Below the pieces are notes generated by a model. It worked only from the letters and a program-made list of their open reading frames with translations, searched no databases and had not been told where the DNA came from. Below are positions 1-12,565 of a stretch of 64,000 nucleotides of DNA, piece by piece. Origin of the DNA: Psammoneis japonica. Lineage: Eukaryota. Made by a program: the position numbers and the translations under genes. How positions within the stretch are numbered: position 1 is the first letter of the stretch; every line of letters begins with the position of its first letter. The stretch spans positions 186,001 to 250,000 of the forward strand of contig QPGO01000061.1 in NCBI GenBank assembly GCA_008632985.1, read 5' to 3'.

Positions 1-599
1 TGTGCTGAAGCCACTGCAATCTGGCAGCTTTCTAGGACTCCACAAGTCCAATGTCTCATCTGCCCTCTAAGTCACATCAAATTCCATTGCCCTCCTGGCA
101 AACAACTGCAGAGGCAAGTGCCACTGCGCTGTTGCTCTGACGGGTGAAGAAATCCAATGCAATTGCTGTGAGGCACAGAATTTTGAAGGGTGTCTTCCTC
201 AAAGAATTGGGAACATGCATCTCTTCAGCAATGCAAGGGAAAAGGATGGTGTGGCAGTGGTGGAGGCAGCTCAGACATTGTGGGAAGCAGGCCATGTGCA
301 CAAGAAGAGAACAAAGGCGATGCTTCTCCCAATGCTTCTGGCAACTTAGAAACACGTCACAGTGATTCAGAATCCAAGACTGTTGTTGATGGCGGATCCA
401 AAGGATTGGGCAAGAAATTGGCAGATTCCTTGATTGCTTCTGCAAATGAGCTGCGGCAGAGCAGCACGTCATTGCATGCCGGCATGCGGCAGGATGATGC
501 TTGAGAGAGGTTTCTCTGTGTGGGAGTTGCTTGAGCACAGCAATGGCTGTTCACACATGATCACAAGACACCAATGCAATGCTTTGCAGAGTGTTTCAG

Positions 600-3060
600 T
601 TCGACAATGACGGAGTGGTCAAGTCCATCTGCAAGAACACAACGACTGGTGTGTTGGGTGTTTCTCTGTGCGGGAATTGCTCAAGCACTGCAGCAACTGC
701 CATTGTGAGACACCAATGCAATGCTCTGCAGAGTCTTTCCATTGGATGCTGCCTCTCCTCTGATGCATGAAGTGAAGTTAACTCCACCATTTCCATTCAA
801 GGTCCCTCTCAAGCTGAGCTGCCTGCTTCTCACAAAGAGAGAACTGTCTGTCTCCAAATCTCCCAGCAAAAACCAGGTTTTGGGGTGCTTGTAAAAACCA
901 TCAGGTGTGGGAACTTTGAGATGACTTTTTCAGTGGTGCTCAGGAAGCCGCGGCATTGCCTCTCCTCTGGGGTGTCACTTGCCACCATCGGTGCGCATCC
1001 TGACCCTCACCAACAACACCTTGAAAGTTCCCACACTTCTGCAAGCCACTCTCAAGGTAAGTCTGGAGGCAGTGGTGCTGGCAGTGTCAAACTCTGAAGT
1101 GGGGAATGTGTTGAAAAACTTTCTGCTTGGGTGCCCATCTTCATTCTCATCAGAGAAGTGTGAAGGACACCAAGGGTCACCTGCAACACACTTTTCAAAG
1201 AAGTTGAAGCAGATTCAAAATGACTGGCTCATTGGGAAGGGAGCTCCTGGACTGGCTGGTGGGCCAAAAACCTCAAAGAGTGACCCAATCATGTTGAACT
1301 TGGCAAACCGGCTCTTTCTGAATTGGTGGCTCATGTCCTTGAGAACGGAAGTGTCACTCACCCAAAGGTGTCTGACACCATCAAACTCACCCTTGTCCAT
1401 CAAGCTGAGTGTCTTTGACAGGAGGTTGTCTGGGTCAGCCAGCTCTGCCATTGGCTTCTTAATCAGCTCCTGTTTGTGAAGTGAGAACAGCAAAGTCAAC
1501 AAATTGTCCAGCCTGCAAGTGTTGTTGATGCCAGGATGGTCTCCTTTGCTGGGACATTCCATGGGATGCCTTGGAATGAGGTCACAGCATGCCTGGGTGC
1601 AGTTTTCTTTGATGCTGGTGTCTTTGTTTGATTTTTGTTTGCTTCATGGTGCCTCCTGACTGCTTCTTGCTCAAAGAACAAAGCTTTGCTGCCTCCCCTG
1701 GCCTCTTTTTGGGCGCAAGCTTCTTTTTGGCCTTGCCAGCTGCTTTGTGGTGTCTGGTGCTCTTCCATCATTGGGTTTTTTCCCTTGCTTTCTTTTGCTC
1801 TTGGACTTCTTGTGGCCTGACTGGATGGTTTTGTGAGCTCGCAATGGTGTGAAATTCCCCTTGCCACTGCCTTTCTGTCAAAGACATTTGCATTGCAGAA
1901 CTTGAAAGCATGCAAAACTGCTTCTCCAATGGTCAACTTGGTCTTTGGTGCACTGCGCGGAAACTGTTTCCCAACATTTTCCTGTGCATTTGTGTCTGTG
2001 CAGAGCTTTTCATGCCTCTGCTGCTGCAGCTCATCCAGCTGCCTGCATGCAGGAAAGAAATTCTTGCCCTCCTTGGGTTGAGAAACCACTTCAGCCATGA
2101 CTCAGCATTTGGGTGAGATCTGATGAGCAGCTTGCAGGACTTTTCAAACTGAGCAAAGTCTCCTTGGTCAAAGCCCCTCAATCTGTTGACATGGTGGTTA
2201 AAGACATCCTCCCCGTCTGAACTGACAACAGCAGAGTTTCTGGCCACCCTCACAAGCTGTAAAACTGGGCAATCTCTTCATCTGTGGCTTCCCTGTCATG
2301 ACGCTCAAGTGCAAGCTCCTGCATGGCTGCAAAGAAGCCATTTCGAATGTCATCTTGGAAGTTGTTCAAGAAAGCATCCCAGGTGTCAGCCTGGCAGCAC
2401 TGAAGAACCCTGTGCCAGTGGGTTTTGCAGTGTGCAGAAGTTTTGCCAAACAAGATGGAGATGCAGACTGGGACCCACTGCTGCAACACTGCATCAAACA
2501 GTGAAGAGAAGATGACATTGATCTGCCCCTGGAAGTCTGCATCAACAACAAATCCCTCCACTGAGTCAGTCTGCATGGGTGACACTGGCTCTGTGAGCAT
2601 GTCAATCATGTCTTGGTCTTGCATGACAATGTGAGCATCATCTGTGGTGAGCTGCTCTGAAACAATGAGGCTTGAGTCCACTTCTTTTTTGGAAGTTCCC
2701 ATTTGCTTCAAGATCTTCTTCCTCATGTTTTCAACACAGTCTTTGTTGTGAAGGGCTGGATGAATCTGTCATGCTCGAGGCCTGGTTGCAGCCCCAGGTC
2801 TGAGCTGTGCTGGAGTCAACTCAGGAGCAGCTGAGACAAGCTTCTCAAGCCTTTTTTTGTGCCACCACTCTAGGAGCTTGGATGGCGGGGGTCTTGGGTG
2901 TTGGTGCCTCCCTTTGTGGCTCATGAGCCAAGAGTTGGTGCTGACTTCTTGACAGGTCAGCAGGCAAAGGCACTCTGTGTGCTCCAATGTTGACTCTTGC
3001 TCATGATTGGGGCACACTGACTTGGGAGGGAGTGGCAGCCCAAACTTCTTCCTTCCTGTC
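600..3060 (-). pseudogene. Degenerate Mutator (MULE)-like transposase remnant with a WRKY/GCM-like HPRPP motif and a possible C-terminal cysteine-protease-like segment
   Basis: Fragmented minus-strand ORFs (2769-3017, 2250-2726, 1933-2253, 1496-2098, 1215-1562) carry HKGRHQHPRPPPSK, RVARNSAVV, WLKWFLNPRRA, FPAC and DTNAQE, which resemble GCM-type MULE transposases. NNTCRLD and LRGTLNGNGGVNFTSCIR resemble USP-like Cys and His boxes. The region is frameshifted and TpA-depleted; boundaries are approximate. Confidence 0.45.
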
Positions 3061-3077
3061 TGTGGCTGCCAGGGGAG

Positions 3078-3416
3078 AATTCACCCAAGCCTTTGGCCCA
3101 CCACTTCATCTCACACAGCTCGGAAACTCACGCTCTTCCACCACAGCTTTTAACAAGCTCTCATGACAGGGCACTTCACTGACTCAGCAGCAGCAGCTGA
3201 GGGGTTTCTCTCCTCTGCATGCCAAACCCTGGGCTGGGTGTGCCTGATTCACCCAAGCCTTTGGCCCGCCACTTGATCTCACACAGTTCAGAAACTCATG
3301 CTCTTCCACCACAGCCTTTGATGAGCTCATGACAGGGGGCTTCATTGACCCAGCAGCAGCAGCTGAGAGAGGGGTTTCTCTCCTCTGCATGCCAAACCCT
3401 GGGCCAGGTGTGCCTG
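3078..3416. repeat. Tandem duplication, about 170-bp unit x2
   Basis: ttcacccaagcctttggccc...ctctgcatgccaaaccctggg occurs at about 3079 and about 3248. Confidence 0.85.
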
Positions 3417-4169
3417 GGGCCCACCTCAGCCTCCACCGCCCAGAGGATTTCACCCACCCTCTGTCAAGACTTGATCTCCTCCATTTTGGCTTGTGACAAA
3501 AGAAACTGTCGAAAAAAAAACTGTTGTCCAGAGCAAGTTTTTCATGCTGGGAAAAGCTTCTCCCATCATCTTGTGAGTCATCCCCGTCCATTGTGGTGGC
3601 AAAAGGTGTTCAAGCTTGTCAGTTGTGGAGTGTTTCTTGGCAGTTCTCTGAAAACAAAAACAAAAATTGGGGTGCCACAGCCACTTGACAGGATGGTCAG
3701 ATGAAACAGCCCACGTGGTGCAACTGTGAAGAAATTGGATCTTGCGCTCACCAAGCAGTGCCACAGTGCTTCTTTAAAAGGCGGGAAAGGTGCAATCAAA
3801 TGTGAGATTTAACACACGTGGAATTCTACAGAAATCTTGTGCGGCGCGATTTGTGTTGCATCCACACAGAGCGGAAACACTGCTGCAAGAACAACGGTGG
3901 ATGAATCAGATAAACAATGAAAGACAATGCAAATCGGACAAATGCACAAAATTACAAACAACAACATTGATGTACAGGGAAAAAATCAAGGCAGACAATG
4001 GCAGCTACGGTCACCTTGTCGATTGCACTTACACCTTGGACAATTTCTGTTGAGTTGCATGTGTGCGGTTGTGTGCGATGTACAGGTGGCTTGTACTGAG
4101 TTTTCGCGGGACTCAGTGTTGGACGTCAACAACACTTTTCTGCGTAGAGCCGTACAGTGTTACACGAGC

Positions 4170-4730
4170 GAGTACACTTAATTATGATCAATCGCCACCC
4201 ACGTAGAAATGTGTAGAACAAGTACCAAGAACGTCCAACTTTGCCATTTGGGTGCTCTCGTTGCAATCAAAATACCGGTATAGTGCCAAGAGGCCAAAGC
4301 AATTGACCATAAAAACTTTTACATCACATCGTAAAATACATGATGGAATTTTGGGAGAAAAAACTGGGTTGAAATTGATGCATCGACCAGTCTTATCGAT
4401 TGTAAAGCAAAGTACACTTAATTGTCCATTCGCGACCAATCCACGACTTACGTAGAAATAAGTAGAAACTTCACCAAGCTCATAAGTCTTCACTTTGTCG
4501 ACGATCTGGTTGCGATCGAAATAGTGCTAAACGACAAAAGCAGTTGACAACCAACACTTTTGCGGATAAAATAGTAAATTACATGACAGAGCTTTGGGAG
4601 AAAAAACAGGGTTGAAATTGACAGCTATTGAACTTGTCGAATGGAACACAAAGTACACTTGAAAATTGCAAAAAAGAGTACACTTACGACTGAAAAGTAA
4701 GTACACTTACGACTGAAAATGCACGTAGAA
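4170..4730. repeat. Diverged tandem repeat, about 245-bp unit (about 2.3 copies), with a recurring AGTACACTT motif
   Basis: agtacactt at 4171, 4411 and 4652; tttgggagaaaaaac.gggttgaaattga at about 4350 and 4593; acgtagaaat at 4201 and 4450. Confidence 0.7.
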
Positions 4731-4919
4731 CTCTACGTGGTCATTTTGTACTGTAACAAAAAAGGAAAAAGGGTACACTTCAAGTACACTTTGGTGTGGA
4801 ACGATTTTGAGGACGTTGCAAATCGATACAGGCTGTTGAATACGTTGATAACGCCAAAGGGTAGCGAAATACACGTGCAAAGAAGATTCGGTGACGTGGG
4901 GGGGGGGTTCAGAGACGCT

Positions 4920-6410
4920 ATGCTACGGGTAAGATCATTGCGACCGCCGACAACGAGACGAAAGAGTGTTCAGGAGATGAAGCCGTCGTCATCGGCAACA
5001 ACAGCACCTGCCTCCAATTTTACTAATACAACGACAAAGCGCAAGTCCTTTTTATGGGTAGTCTTGGGTTTATTCGTTTTTCGATTCCTGTCACTTTGGA
5101 TTTATGACGATGTTTCATTGGGAAGTTCTTCGTCCGATAACATGGCAATCGAAGAAACCAAAAATCTTACGAATGTCGCCTCTACCACCACCACCAACGA
5201 CTCGTTCCATGCGGCATCGAATCGATCTTATTTTCACACTCAAAATGATTCCGAGCCAGAACCACCGCGGCTGTTTCAATCGCTGTTGTTGCCCCTTCGA
5301 GACTGGGAGACCCAACCCGTAATCAACGGAACTCTGTCCAAAAATGGACCAAAATTGCCTCCCAAAACTCCATTGACTTGTGTCCGCGGCAGTACGGCGG
5401 CCCACGGCGCCATTGTCTTTCCTGATGGCTTGTGTACGTCCCGGCGGGTCCAAGCTGCCTTTGCCAAAACCCATCGACTGGTCGAGGAATTGTTTCTTCA
5501 AGAACAAGCTAAGGAAGCCACTATCGGCACCATTTGTGACGTCTGCACCATCTTTCATCTCTTTCAGACGGCCAACCTCAAAGTATTGACAGTGTGGGGC
5601 GATTCGGTACAGAACCAAGTCTTTCATGGACTCGTCTGTGAGTTTGCTCGATTCTCACAAGAGTTTGAAATCATTGAGGACCAACAACTGCCCGTTTCCG
5701 GCGAAGTGACAGGCTGCGATCGATTTCGACAGCAGATGGAGTGCCCCCACCATACGAGACGGGTCACGGTACGACACTTGGCTTCTGGTTACCAGCTATA
5801 TCTGCATTTGGTCTTTCAGTACCGGCCCCGTCTGCCCCATGAGGTGGACTTGGACCTCCAGCCTGTTTTGGATGCGGGTACGGACGTGTTGTTGTGGAAT
5901 TTTGGATTGCACTTTCTGAGGTCCAATGCCAAGGATTATCGGTTGCGACTATCGGGCGTCCTTCAAGCTCTCAAACGGCATTCATCCAAACTCCAACTGG
6001 TACTCTTTCGAGAGACAAGCGCCCAGCACTTCCCCGTCGACCCGGTCAAGTACAACCCGGTCAAGTACAACCAAACGGATCCGACCTATCAATGCATACC
6101 GACGGTGCCGGCACACAAGCTGGGATGGCGCGACAGAGCGTTTGCTAAAGTCGCCCAGCAAGAACAGTATCCACTGAAAACCGTGTATCCGTGGAGCAAT
6201 GCTGTGGGGCCTAGTAGTAGGAGACCGTTGCAGCAGCCCAACGCCAACCACTCTTCGCCGAAACCACTCTATCTCTTGCCGTTTGCAAACTATTCGGCTC
6301 AGTTTGACTACCTCCATCCACATGAATGTACCCATTTTTGCCACACGCCCTATCTATGGTATCCACTGTGGCGGTCGTTGCCGTTGGCCGTCGAGCATCG
6401 ATTGGGATGA
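4920..6410 (+). CDS. Type II membrane SGNH/GDSL-like acyl-esterase or O-acetyltransferase (PC-esterase/TBL-like)
   Basis: N-terminal TM segment (FLWVVLGLFVFRFLSLWIY), then WGDSVQNQ (GDS), WNFGLH, RETSAQHF and a C-terminal ECTHFC (DxxH-like) motif. The ORF is open from 4719; ATG 4920 was chosen and 4977 is also possible. Confidence 0.75.
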   Translation: MLRVRSLRPPTTRRKSVQEMKPSSSATTAPASNFTNTTTKRKSFLWVVLGLFVFRFLSLWIYDDVSLGSSSSDNMAIEETKNLTNVASTTTTNDSFHAASNRSYFHTQNDSEPEPPRLFQSLLLPLRDWETQPVINGTLSKNGPKLPPKTPLTCVRGSTAAHGAIVFPDGLCTSRRVQAAFAKTHRLVEELFLQEQAKEATIGTICDVCTIFHLFQTANLKVLTVWGDSVQNQVFHGLVCEFARFSQEFEIIEDQQLPVSGEVTGCDRFRQQMECPHHTRRVTVRHLASGYQLYLHLVFQYRPRLPHEVDLDLQPVLDAGTDVLLWNFGLHFLRSNAKDYRLRLSGVLQALKRHSSKLQLVLFRETSAQHFPVDPVKYNPVKYNQTDPTYQCIPTVPAHKLGWRDRAFAKVAQQEQYPLKTVYPWSNAVGPSSRRPLQQPNANHSSPKPLYLLPFANYSAQFDYLHPHECTHFCHTPYLWYPLWRSLPLAVEHRLG

Positions 6411-9010
6411 GGCTCGTAAGCGGCCGTCGAATATTGGATCAGCTACAAGGATATCTCCTTTTCCCCGTTATTTTCTGGACACTGTAAGATTTTCCGTGTT
6501 GGTTGTGGGGCGTGCTTTGGGAGCATCCATGTGCAAACATAGTTGTAGAGTTTGAATGAATCATCTTACTAACTAGACCACCCCATAAGCTGGCCACAGA
6601 CCAAGTCTGCGCAGGAAATCCTTAGTTTTATGTTGTGCAGTGTGCAGCAACTAGGATTTGCAGCAAGCAGCAGCCTAAGGTCACCTCCAAGGCGGACACC
6701 CTGTCCCTAACAGGCATGGCATGCCCCTCCACCACTGCCAGCAATTTGCCCAGACTGGGTCCGGGACACACGGCATTTTGTCGCACTTGGCGACATTTTC
6801 TTAAGGCTGGATCGATGTTTAGCACTATTTTTTTTAATAGCTCGTGATTTTCGAATTTCCCCGTACTTCGCCCGTGTTATTTTGCGAAGCCTCTGAGCAC
6901 CCCTAAACACATATGAGTGTGTCCAGCCCCCATCAGGGCTGTTAGACCTTTATGTGAACTACACATATTAACCTTCAAACGCCAATCGTCGTACTTGCCT
7001 CGGTTGTTATATGCGAAAAATCGCCATTTTCCGCCAAAATCGGACTGTTACGGTAGATAAGCCACAACTTTCCAGGAAATGCCGATAATTGGCGTTTGAC
7101 CGGCTATAGACATATCTACAGTCGTTAAGCTACACATCGCCCATGGTCGCAATCGTCATATGTGCATTCTATGTTGTCTTACCAACAGACAAAGTTCGAC
7201 CTATCGCTGTTTTTTTTTTGGCGAACGCGCGCATTATTAGTACGACAAATCCGGGTTATTTTAAATATTTACGAGCTCTAAATAAAATCGACCGCTAAAC
7301 AACGATCCATCCTTAACGCCAATCGTATCAGACGCTCATTGCGCGATTTTGCGGCCCGCATGTGGGCCGCAAAAATCTTATCGCAAATTTTTTGCGGCCC
7401 GCATGTGGGTCGCAAATTCTTAAAATGACGCTCATCTCGGAATGCGCGTGCAAAACTTGCATTGCCGACATCCATCGTTGCACACGTGCACTTCTCAGTG
7501 GCACGCAACAAACTGCAGCAGCACAATGGTGCCCACCGCTGGTCTCCCACTTTACGGTGTGACATCTCAATGATCCTCACACCGATTTCCCCGTTTCTTT
7601 CATCAATGTTGGGAGGGAATGCACAATGCATCTAAATGGATTGGCCCCATCTTCTGTCATTGAGAATTGTGGATTTCTGTTTTGTTCGAAACCACGTGGA
7701 ATTTTCAAATTTGGAAAAGCACGAAATGACGGAATGAGCACTGATTTACAAACACCACACAAACAGTTGTTCTTTTGTGACATGCTAAAACAGATGAAAC
7801 ATGGTTGCACGGAATGTGGTTTCCAACGGCAGCCACTTGGCTGCTGATCTGGTCCAGCTCCTCAACTGTGATGACAGATTGCCGCGCCAGCTTTTTTGTG
7901 GAGTCAACAGAGCGGCTGTTGCTGACACGTGAGCTGTGGATCTCGTGCCTCAACTGTGATGTAATGAACTGCAGATGTGCCAGCTTTGCAAGGAGCAAAC
8001 ACTTTCTTTCAATCTCTGCCAATGCCAACTTGTGTCCTCCTGCAACAGTTCCGTCGCCACGGCGCCTGACCTCTCCTTCGTCTGCGCCCATCATGTTTTC
8101 TTGATGCTTTCCCAAATTGATCACATGGGCATGGGCAATGACCTTGAATCGCACTCGAGCTCTCTTGGCCATTGGCGACTCCACAGGAAGACTTGGAGGG
8201 GGGGCATGTGCGGGTGCAGATGGTGCTTCGGCAGCAGACTGCGACACCGGATTTCGCGGCATGTCTTGAACAGGCGAAAAAGGCATGTCCGTTCCCGCTG
8301 TGAGCAACGCTGACACATCTGGCACTTCTCCAACCATGTTGTCAGGCGTCCGAGATTGCTGGAGTGAACATCCTTCACCGGTGTGGCCTGCCGCAGGGTC
8401 CACCATGGTGGAGGGAGAAATCGGCGAAAAAGTGCGCGAAAATGCATGCACATTTTAGAGGCTACGACAACAACCACTGGGACTTTTTTGACAGATGAAG
8501 TGTCGATTCCCATGTTTTCGGGTGTGCAGAATTCGACTGTGGGGTCAATTCATCGATTGTCTGCATCGTTGAAGATTTGAAAAAATTTGCGGCCCATGTG
8601 TGGGCCGCAAACGGGCATCTGATGCGATTGGCATCAAGGTGGCATGAGACAAAAATTGGCGACAATCGTTTCTGCGCTCATTTTCATTGAAAATCACGGG
8701 AATCAGGAATCCGTCGGCATGGCAAAAGCATTGTGCTTTGTCAGCGAACCACATGGGTCGGCATGCGCGTGATTGCAACTGTGTCGCTCAACGGAAATTC
8801 CGTTTTGGCGATTGATCAGTTGTCGCTTCTTTCTCAATGTCATCTCAGGAGGGCCAGGAAAGGCACTTCCAAGATGAAACACTCGGGAATTCAAGCATGC
8901 AGACACTTTCTCTTGGCTGTCGAGTGAAAGAAACTGCACCTTTTGACACTTTTTTCTGCCTGAGCATCCAACTCAAAACTCAAAGCAGAAAAACAAGACC
9001 TTTTTTGGAA

Positions 9011-9395
9011 GACGCGTTCCACCCTAGGTGGGACTCCGTGTGACATTGGGCCCGTAGAATTCTACGTGCGAGCTCCGTAGTACGAGAATTTAATTAATGG
9101 ACACATTTGTCTTCAACATCAAATAAACGGTCAAGTTTGTGGTACAATTATGCCTCTTACCACTCGACGTTTTTGCAACTTCGCCTGCCCTACGCGATTC
9201 TTAAGACATTGTAGAATCGCGCTGTAACAAAAAATGTCAAAAGTTGTTGGACGGATCACTCAATAAGTGTACCGTAAAATGACACAAAATAAAAAATCAC
9301 GTAGAAATCTACGTGCGCGACATACGACGAGACTCAAAAAACTATCGATGTCACAGTTCAGTAGTACGAGGTCCCACCTAGACCTGGAACGCGTC
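9011..9395. mobile_element. MITE, GACGCGTTCCA-TIR family, pristine copy
   Basis: TIR gacgcgttcca...taggtgggac / gtcccaccta...tggaacgcgtc. 4-bp TSD GGAA on both sides. TA and CG are retained. Confidence 0.9.
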
Positions 9396-10405
9396 GGAAA
9401 TTGTAACATCTTGTTCAACAAACCTCAAAACTTGCAGTTTCTTTGCATGGGAAAGCCAAGGAGACACCAATTGTGAGAATGCAGGACACTTGGTTGAAGG
9501 AAGTGCACAGCACTTGACAGCGTCCTGGGAGAGGCCGAAGCGCGGCCACCGTTTCATGTAGAAACATGCAGAAATCATGCCAGAAAAAATTCCCAACAAT
9601 TTTCGTCTTGCACCACTTTGAGGGTGGTTGGTCACTGCTTTTTTTAGCTCAAATTTGACCAAACAGCTTGTGTTTTGCATGTTTTTTCCTGAATTTCACC
9701 GTGCTTCACTGTGGTGAAAAACCGCAAGCCAGAGCAAAGAGATGAAAAGAGCAAACAAACACCAAAGCATGGGTGGATGTCAGCAAAAAAAAAAAAACAC
9801 TGGCGCAAGACCACAGAGTGTGAACAACATTTCTTGCCACAAATCACTCCCAGAGAGTGTGTCCAAGACAGGGGATGCTTTTTGCAGTTGCAACAAAGAG
9901 ATGACAGCTGCAACTGTGCTCCACCCAGTGTGACAGCACAGCAGCCCTGACACAAACGGCTTCAAGTGGGTTTGTTTTGTGAGGCAGTCTTGAGTTGTGA
10001 GGTGTCATGATGGGACGTGTCATGTTGTGACGTGTTGTGACATGTCGTGTTGTGGCTGGCGTGTTGCACGCTGACAATTTTTTTAACTGCCCCGCCTGTT
10101 GAAATGTCATCACCAAAGTGCAGACAACGCACAAACATCATCAAACACAGTGTGTCACTGAACCAACCAATGTTTCTATCCAGATTGCAGCCAAAAATTG
10201 AATTTTGTCTCAAAAATCTCTTTTCCCGACAAATCATAAATCCATTCAAGGGGGGTCATCCCTGCCTTTGTCCTGAAATTTTGGTGGCATTTGAACAAGA
10301 ATGTTTGTGTGAGAGATTGTTGTTGAATGCAAAAACTGCTCTTGTTGTCACACCCGATTGCCAATCGCACACAAAAACGAGAACATCAAGCACCGCGATT
10401 GAAGC

Positions 10406-10794
10406 GACGGGTTCCAGTCCTGGGTGGGACTTTTTGTGACATTTGCCCCACAGAATTCTGCGTGTGAGCTCTGCAGTTCGTACTCTGGCCAATGGACACA
10501 TTTGTCTTCGACACAAAACAAACGGCCAAGTTTGCAGCACACACATCTCTGTTCGTACTCGAAGTGTTGGACAACGCGCCTGCCCTGCACCATTCTTGAG
10601 ACACTCGAGAATGGCGTAGAAGAAAAAAATGTCAAAAGTTGTTGAATGGATCGCCTGACAATTGCACTGTAAAATGATCCAAAATTTCGCCAAAATCACG
10701 TAGAAATGCACGTGCGCAACATGCGACACAATTCAAAAAACTGTCGATGTCACAGTTCAGCAGTGCGAGGTCCCACCTAGACCTGGAACGCGCC
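10406..10794. mobile_element. MITE, same family, partly converted copy
   Basis: Aligns with 9011-9395. TIRs gacgggttcca / tggaacgcgcc; TSD AAGC. Confidence 0.88.
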
Positions 10795-11007
10795 AAGCAT
10801 GACGATGACAACGATCATCAACATTTCTCAAAAATGCAACATGTCGTGTTTCAAACTTTTCATGTGTGTGAGATCTTTGATGCACAAAGAACACAAAACA
10901 AATGAGAGCTGGTGCATGGACTGCCTCTGCAAAAAGATCACTTTGTCTTGGACATTCTGTGGGTGTGAGCTGTGGCAAGCAAGGATCTTCTGCACCAACT
11001 GCTTGTG

Positions 11008-11406
11008 GATGTGTTCCAGCCCCAGGTGGGAGCTTGCAGCACTGATGTGTGACACAATTTATTTTTGTCATCCATTGCATGTTTTGTGCTTGCATTTCTG
11101 CGTGTGACATTGAAATTGTCCAGACTTGCCATTTTTGCGAAGCCCCAGACATTTCACATGACAAATGTGCAGGAACAACAGCACTCCAGTTGCATTCTTC
11201 AATGTCTGAAGAATGTGCCTGGCCAAGCAAAAAATGATGCACTTCAATCATGGACGAGTTTGTGCCGTCGCAAAATTGCCTCATTTTCCATTGGCAGTCA
11301 TTGACATTTTCATCACCTGACAATTTTTCTGCAGAGCTTGCATGCAGAATTCTGCGGGCCCAATGTCACACAAACTCCCGACTCCCACCCATGTCTGGAA
11401 TGCATC
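11008..11406. mobile_element. MITE, same family, heavily converted copy
   Basis: Aligns with 23048-23436. TIRs gatgtgttcca / tggaatgcatc; flanks TGTG and CACA. Confidence 0.85.
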
Positions 11407-12475
11407 CACAAGACATTTGCCAATGCCTTGATTCCAAGAACACCTTTTTCCTGTGTTTGTCCAATCTGTTGGATGCCAATCGAGCAATGAAGTGGGATGG
11501 TGATGCCAAACAGAATCTTGTGTTGAGTGTCTGAAGCTGACATTTCCTTGTTTTCATTGGCACCGGCAGCATCAGGCATTGTGCATCACACTGCTTGGCT
11601 TCATGCATCCAAGAGTTGAGTGCTGAAGGTGTGGCCCGCACTGCTCTTTGCAGATCACACCAACAGCATGTCCAAGACAGAACAATCTTTTCACAACTGC
11701 AAAGTGAAGACATGAAAAAGTGTGAGTGAAGAGATGAAAGGAACAAACAAACATCATTGCATGGGTCAGTGTCAGCAAAAATGACACCGGTGCAAGACTG
11801 CACAAGTGTGGAGGACATTTCTTGCCACAAATCACACCTGGAGCATGTCCAAGACAGGGGGCACTTGACAGGGGAAACTTCTCTTGACTGTCACAAGTTG
11901 ACAAAAGCAAGGGCATCATCAGAGGAGATGAAACAAGCAAGTGAACATCAAGTGTGGGTTTTGCCGTTCAAAAATGGCCAACAGCAAGAAGACCCATGTT
12001 TTGATGTGCACACAAAGAATGCCCTGTTTCTTGTCAAACCAATGGCCTTGCCTGTTGCTTGGACCTTCTAAAAGCAGCACCCATGTCTTCAATGGACAAA
12101 AACGATGAACAACAGCTCAAGAGGGGTCACCCCCCAAGCTCAATTTGCAGAATTTTGTTTTTGAATGCAAAATTCATTCTGCACTCAAATGATTGCACAT
12201 GAAAACAAGAGCATCAGCCACCACAATCAAAGCACAAGCAACAACGATGTTGATCACACAATGCACACAGAAAGCACAATTCCAATGCAAGTGTGATGCC
12301 AGCAAACCTTTGTCACAGACTTGTGGCTTGCTGTTTTTTCCATGGTGAAGCACAGTGAAATTCAAAAAAATCATGCCAATCATGAGCTGTTTTTGGCTGA
12401 ATTTGAGCTAAAAAAAGCAGCAACCAACCCCCATCAAACAGACTCAAGAATGGGTCCGCAGTGCACCATCGCATC

Positions 12476-12565
12476 TTTTGTTGCATGCTGTTGGGGTTTG
12501 TTGGATTTTGTTGCATGCTGTTGGCATTTGTTGGTTTTTGTCGCATGCTGTCAGCATTTGTCGTG
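12476..12565. repeat. Minisatellite, about 30-bp unit x3
   Basis: ttttgttgcatgctgttgg..tttgttgg repeated three times. Confidence 0.75.

Noticed and set aside
4719..4919. Upstream in-frame ATG extension of the esterase ORF
   Set aside because: It overlaps the AGTACACTT repeat region and moves the TM anchor unusually far from the N-terminus. A downstream ATG is preferred, though unproven.
7705..8451. 248-aa ORF as a host gene
   Set aside because: It lies in converted DNA between repeat palindromes, has no Tyr and no recognisable domain. It is likely a TE remnant.
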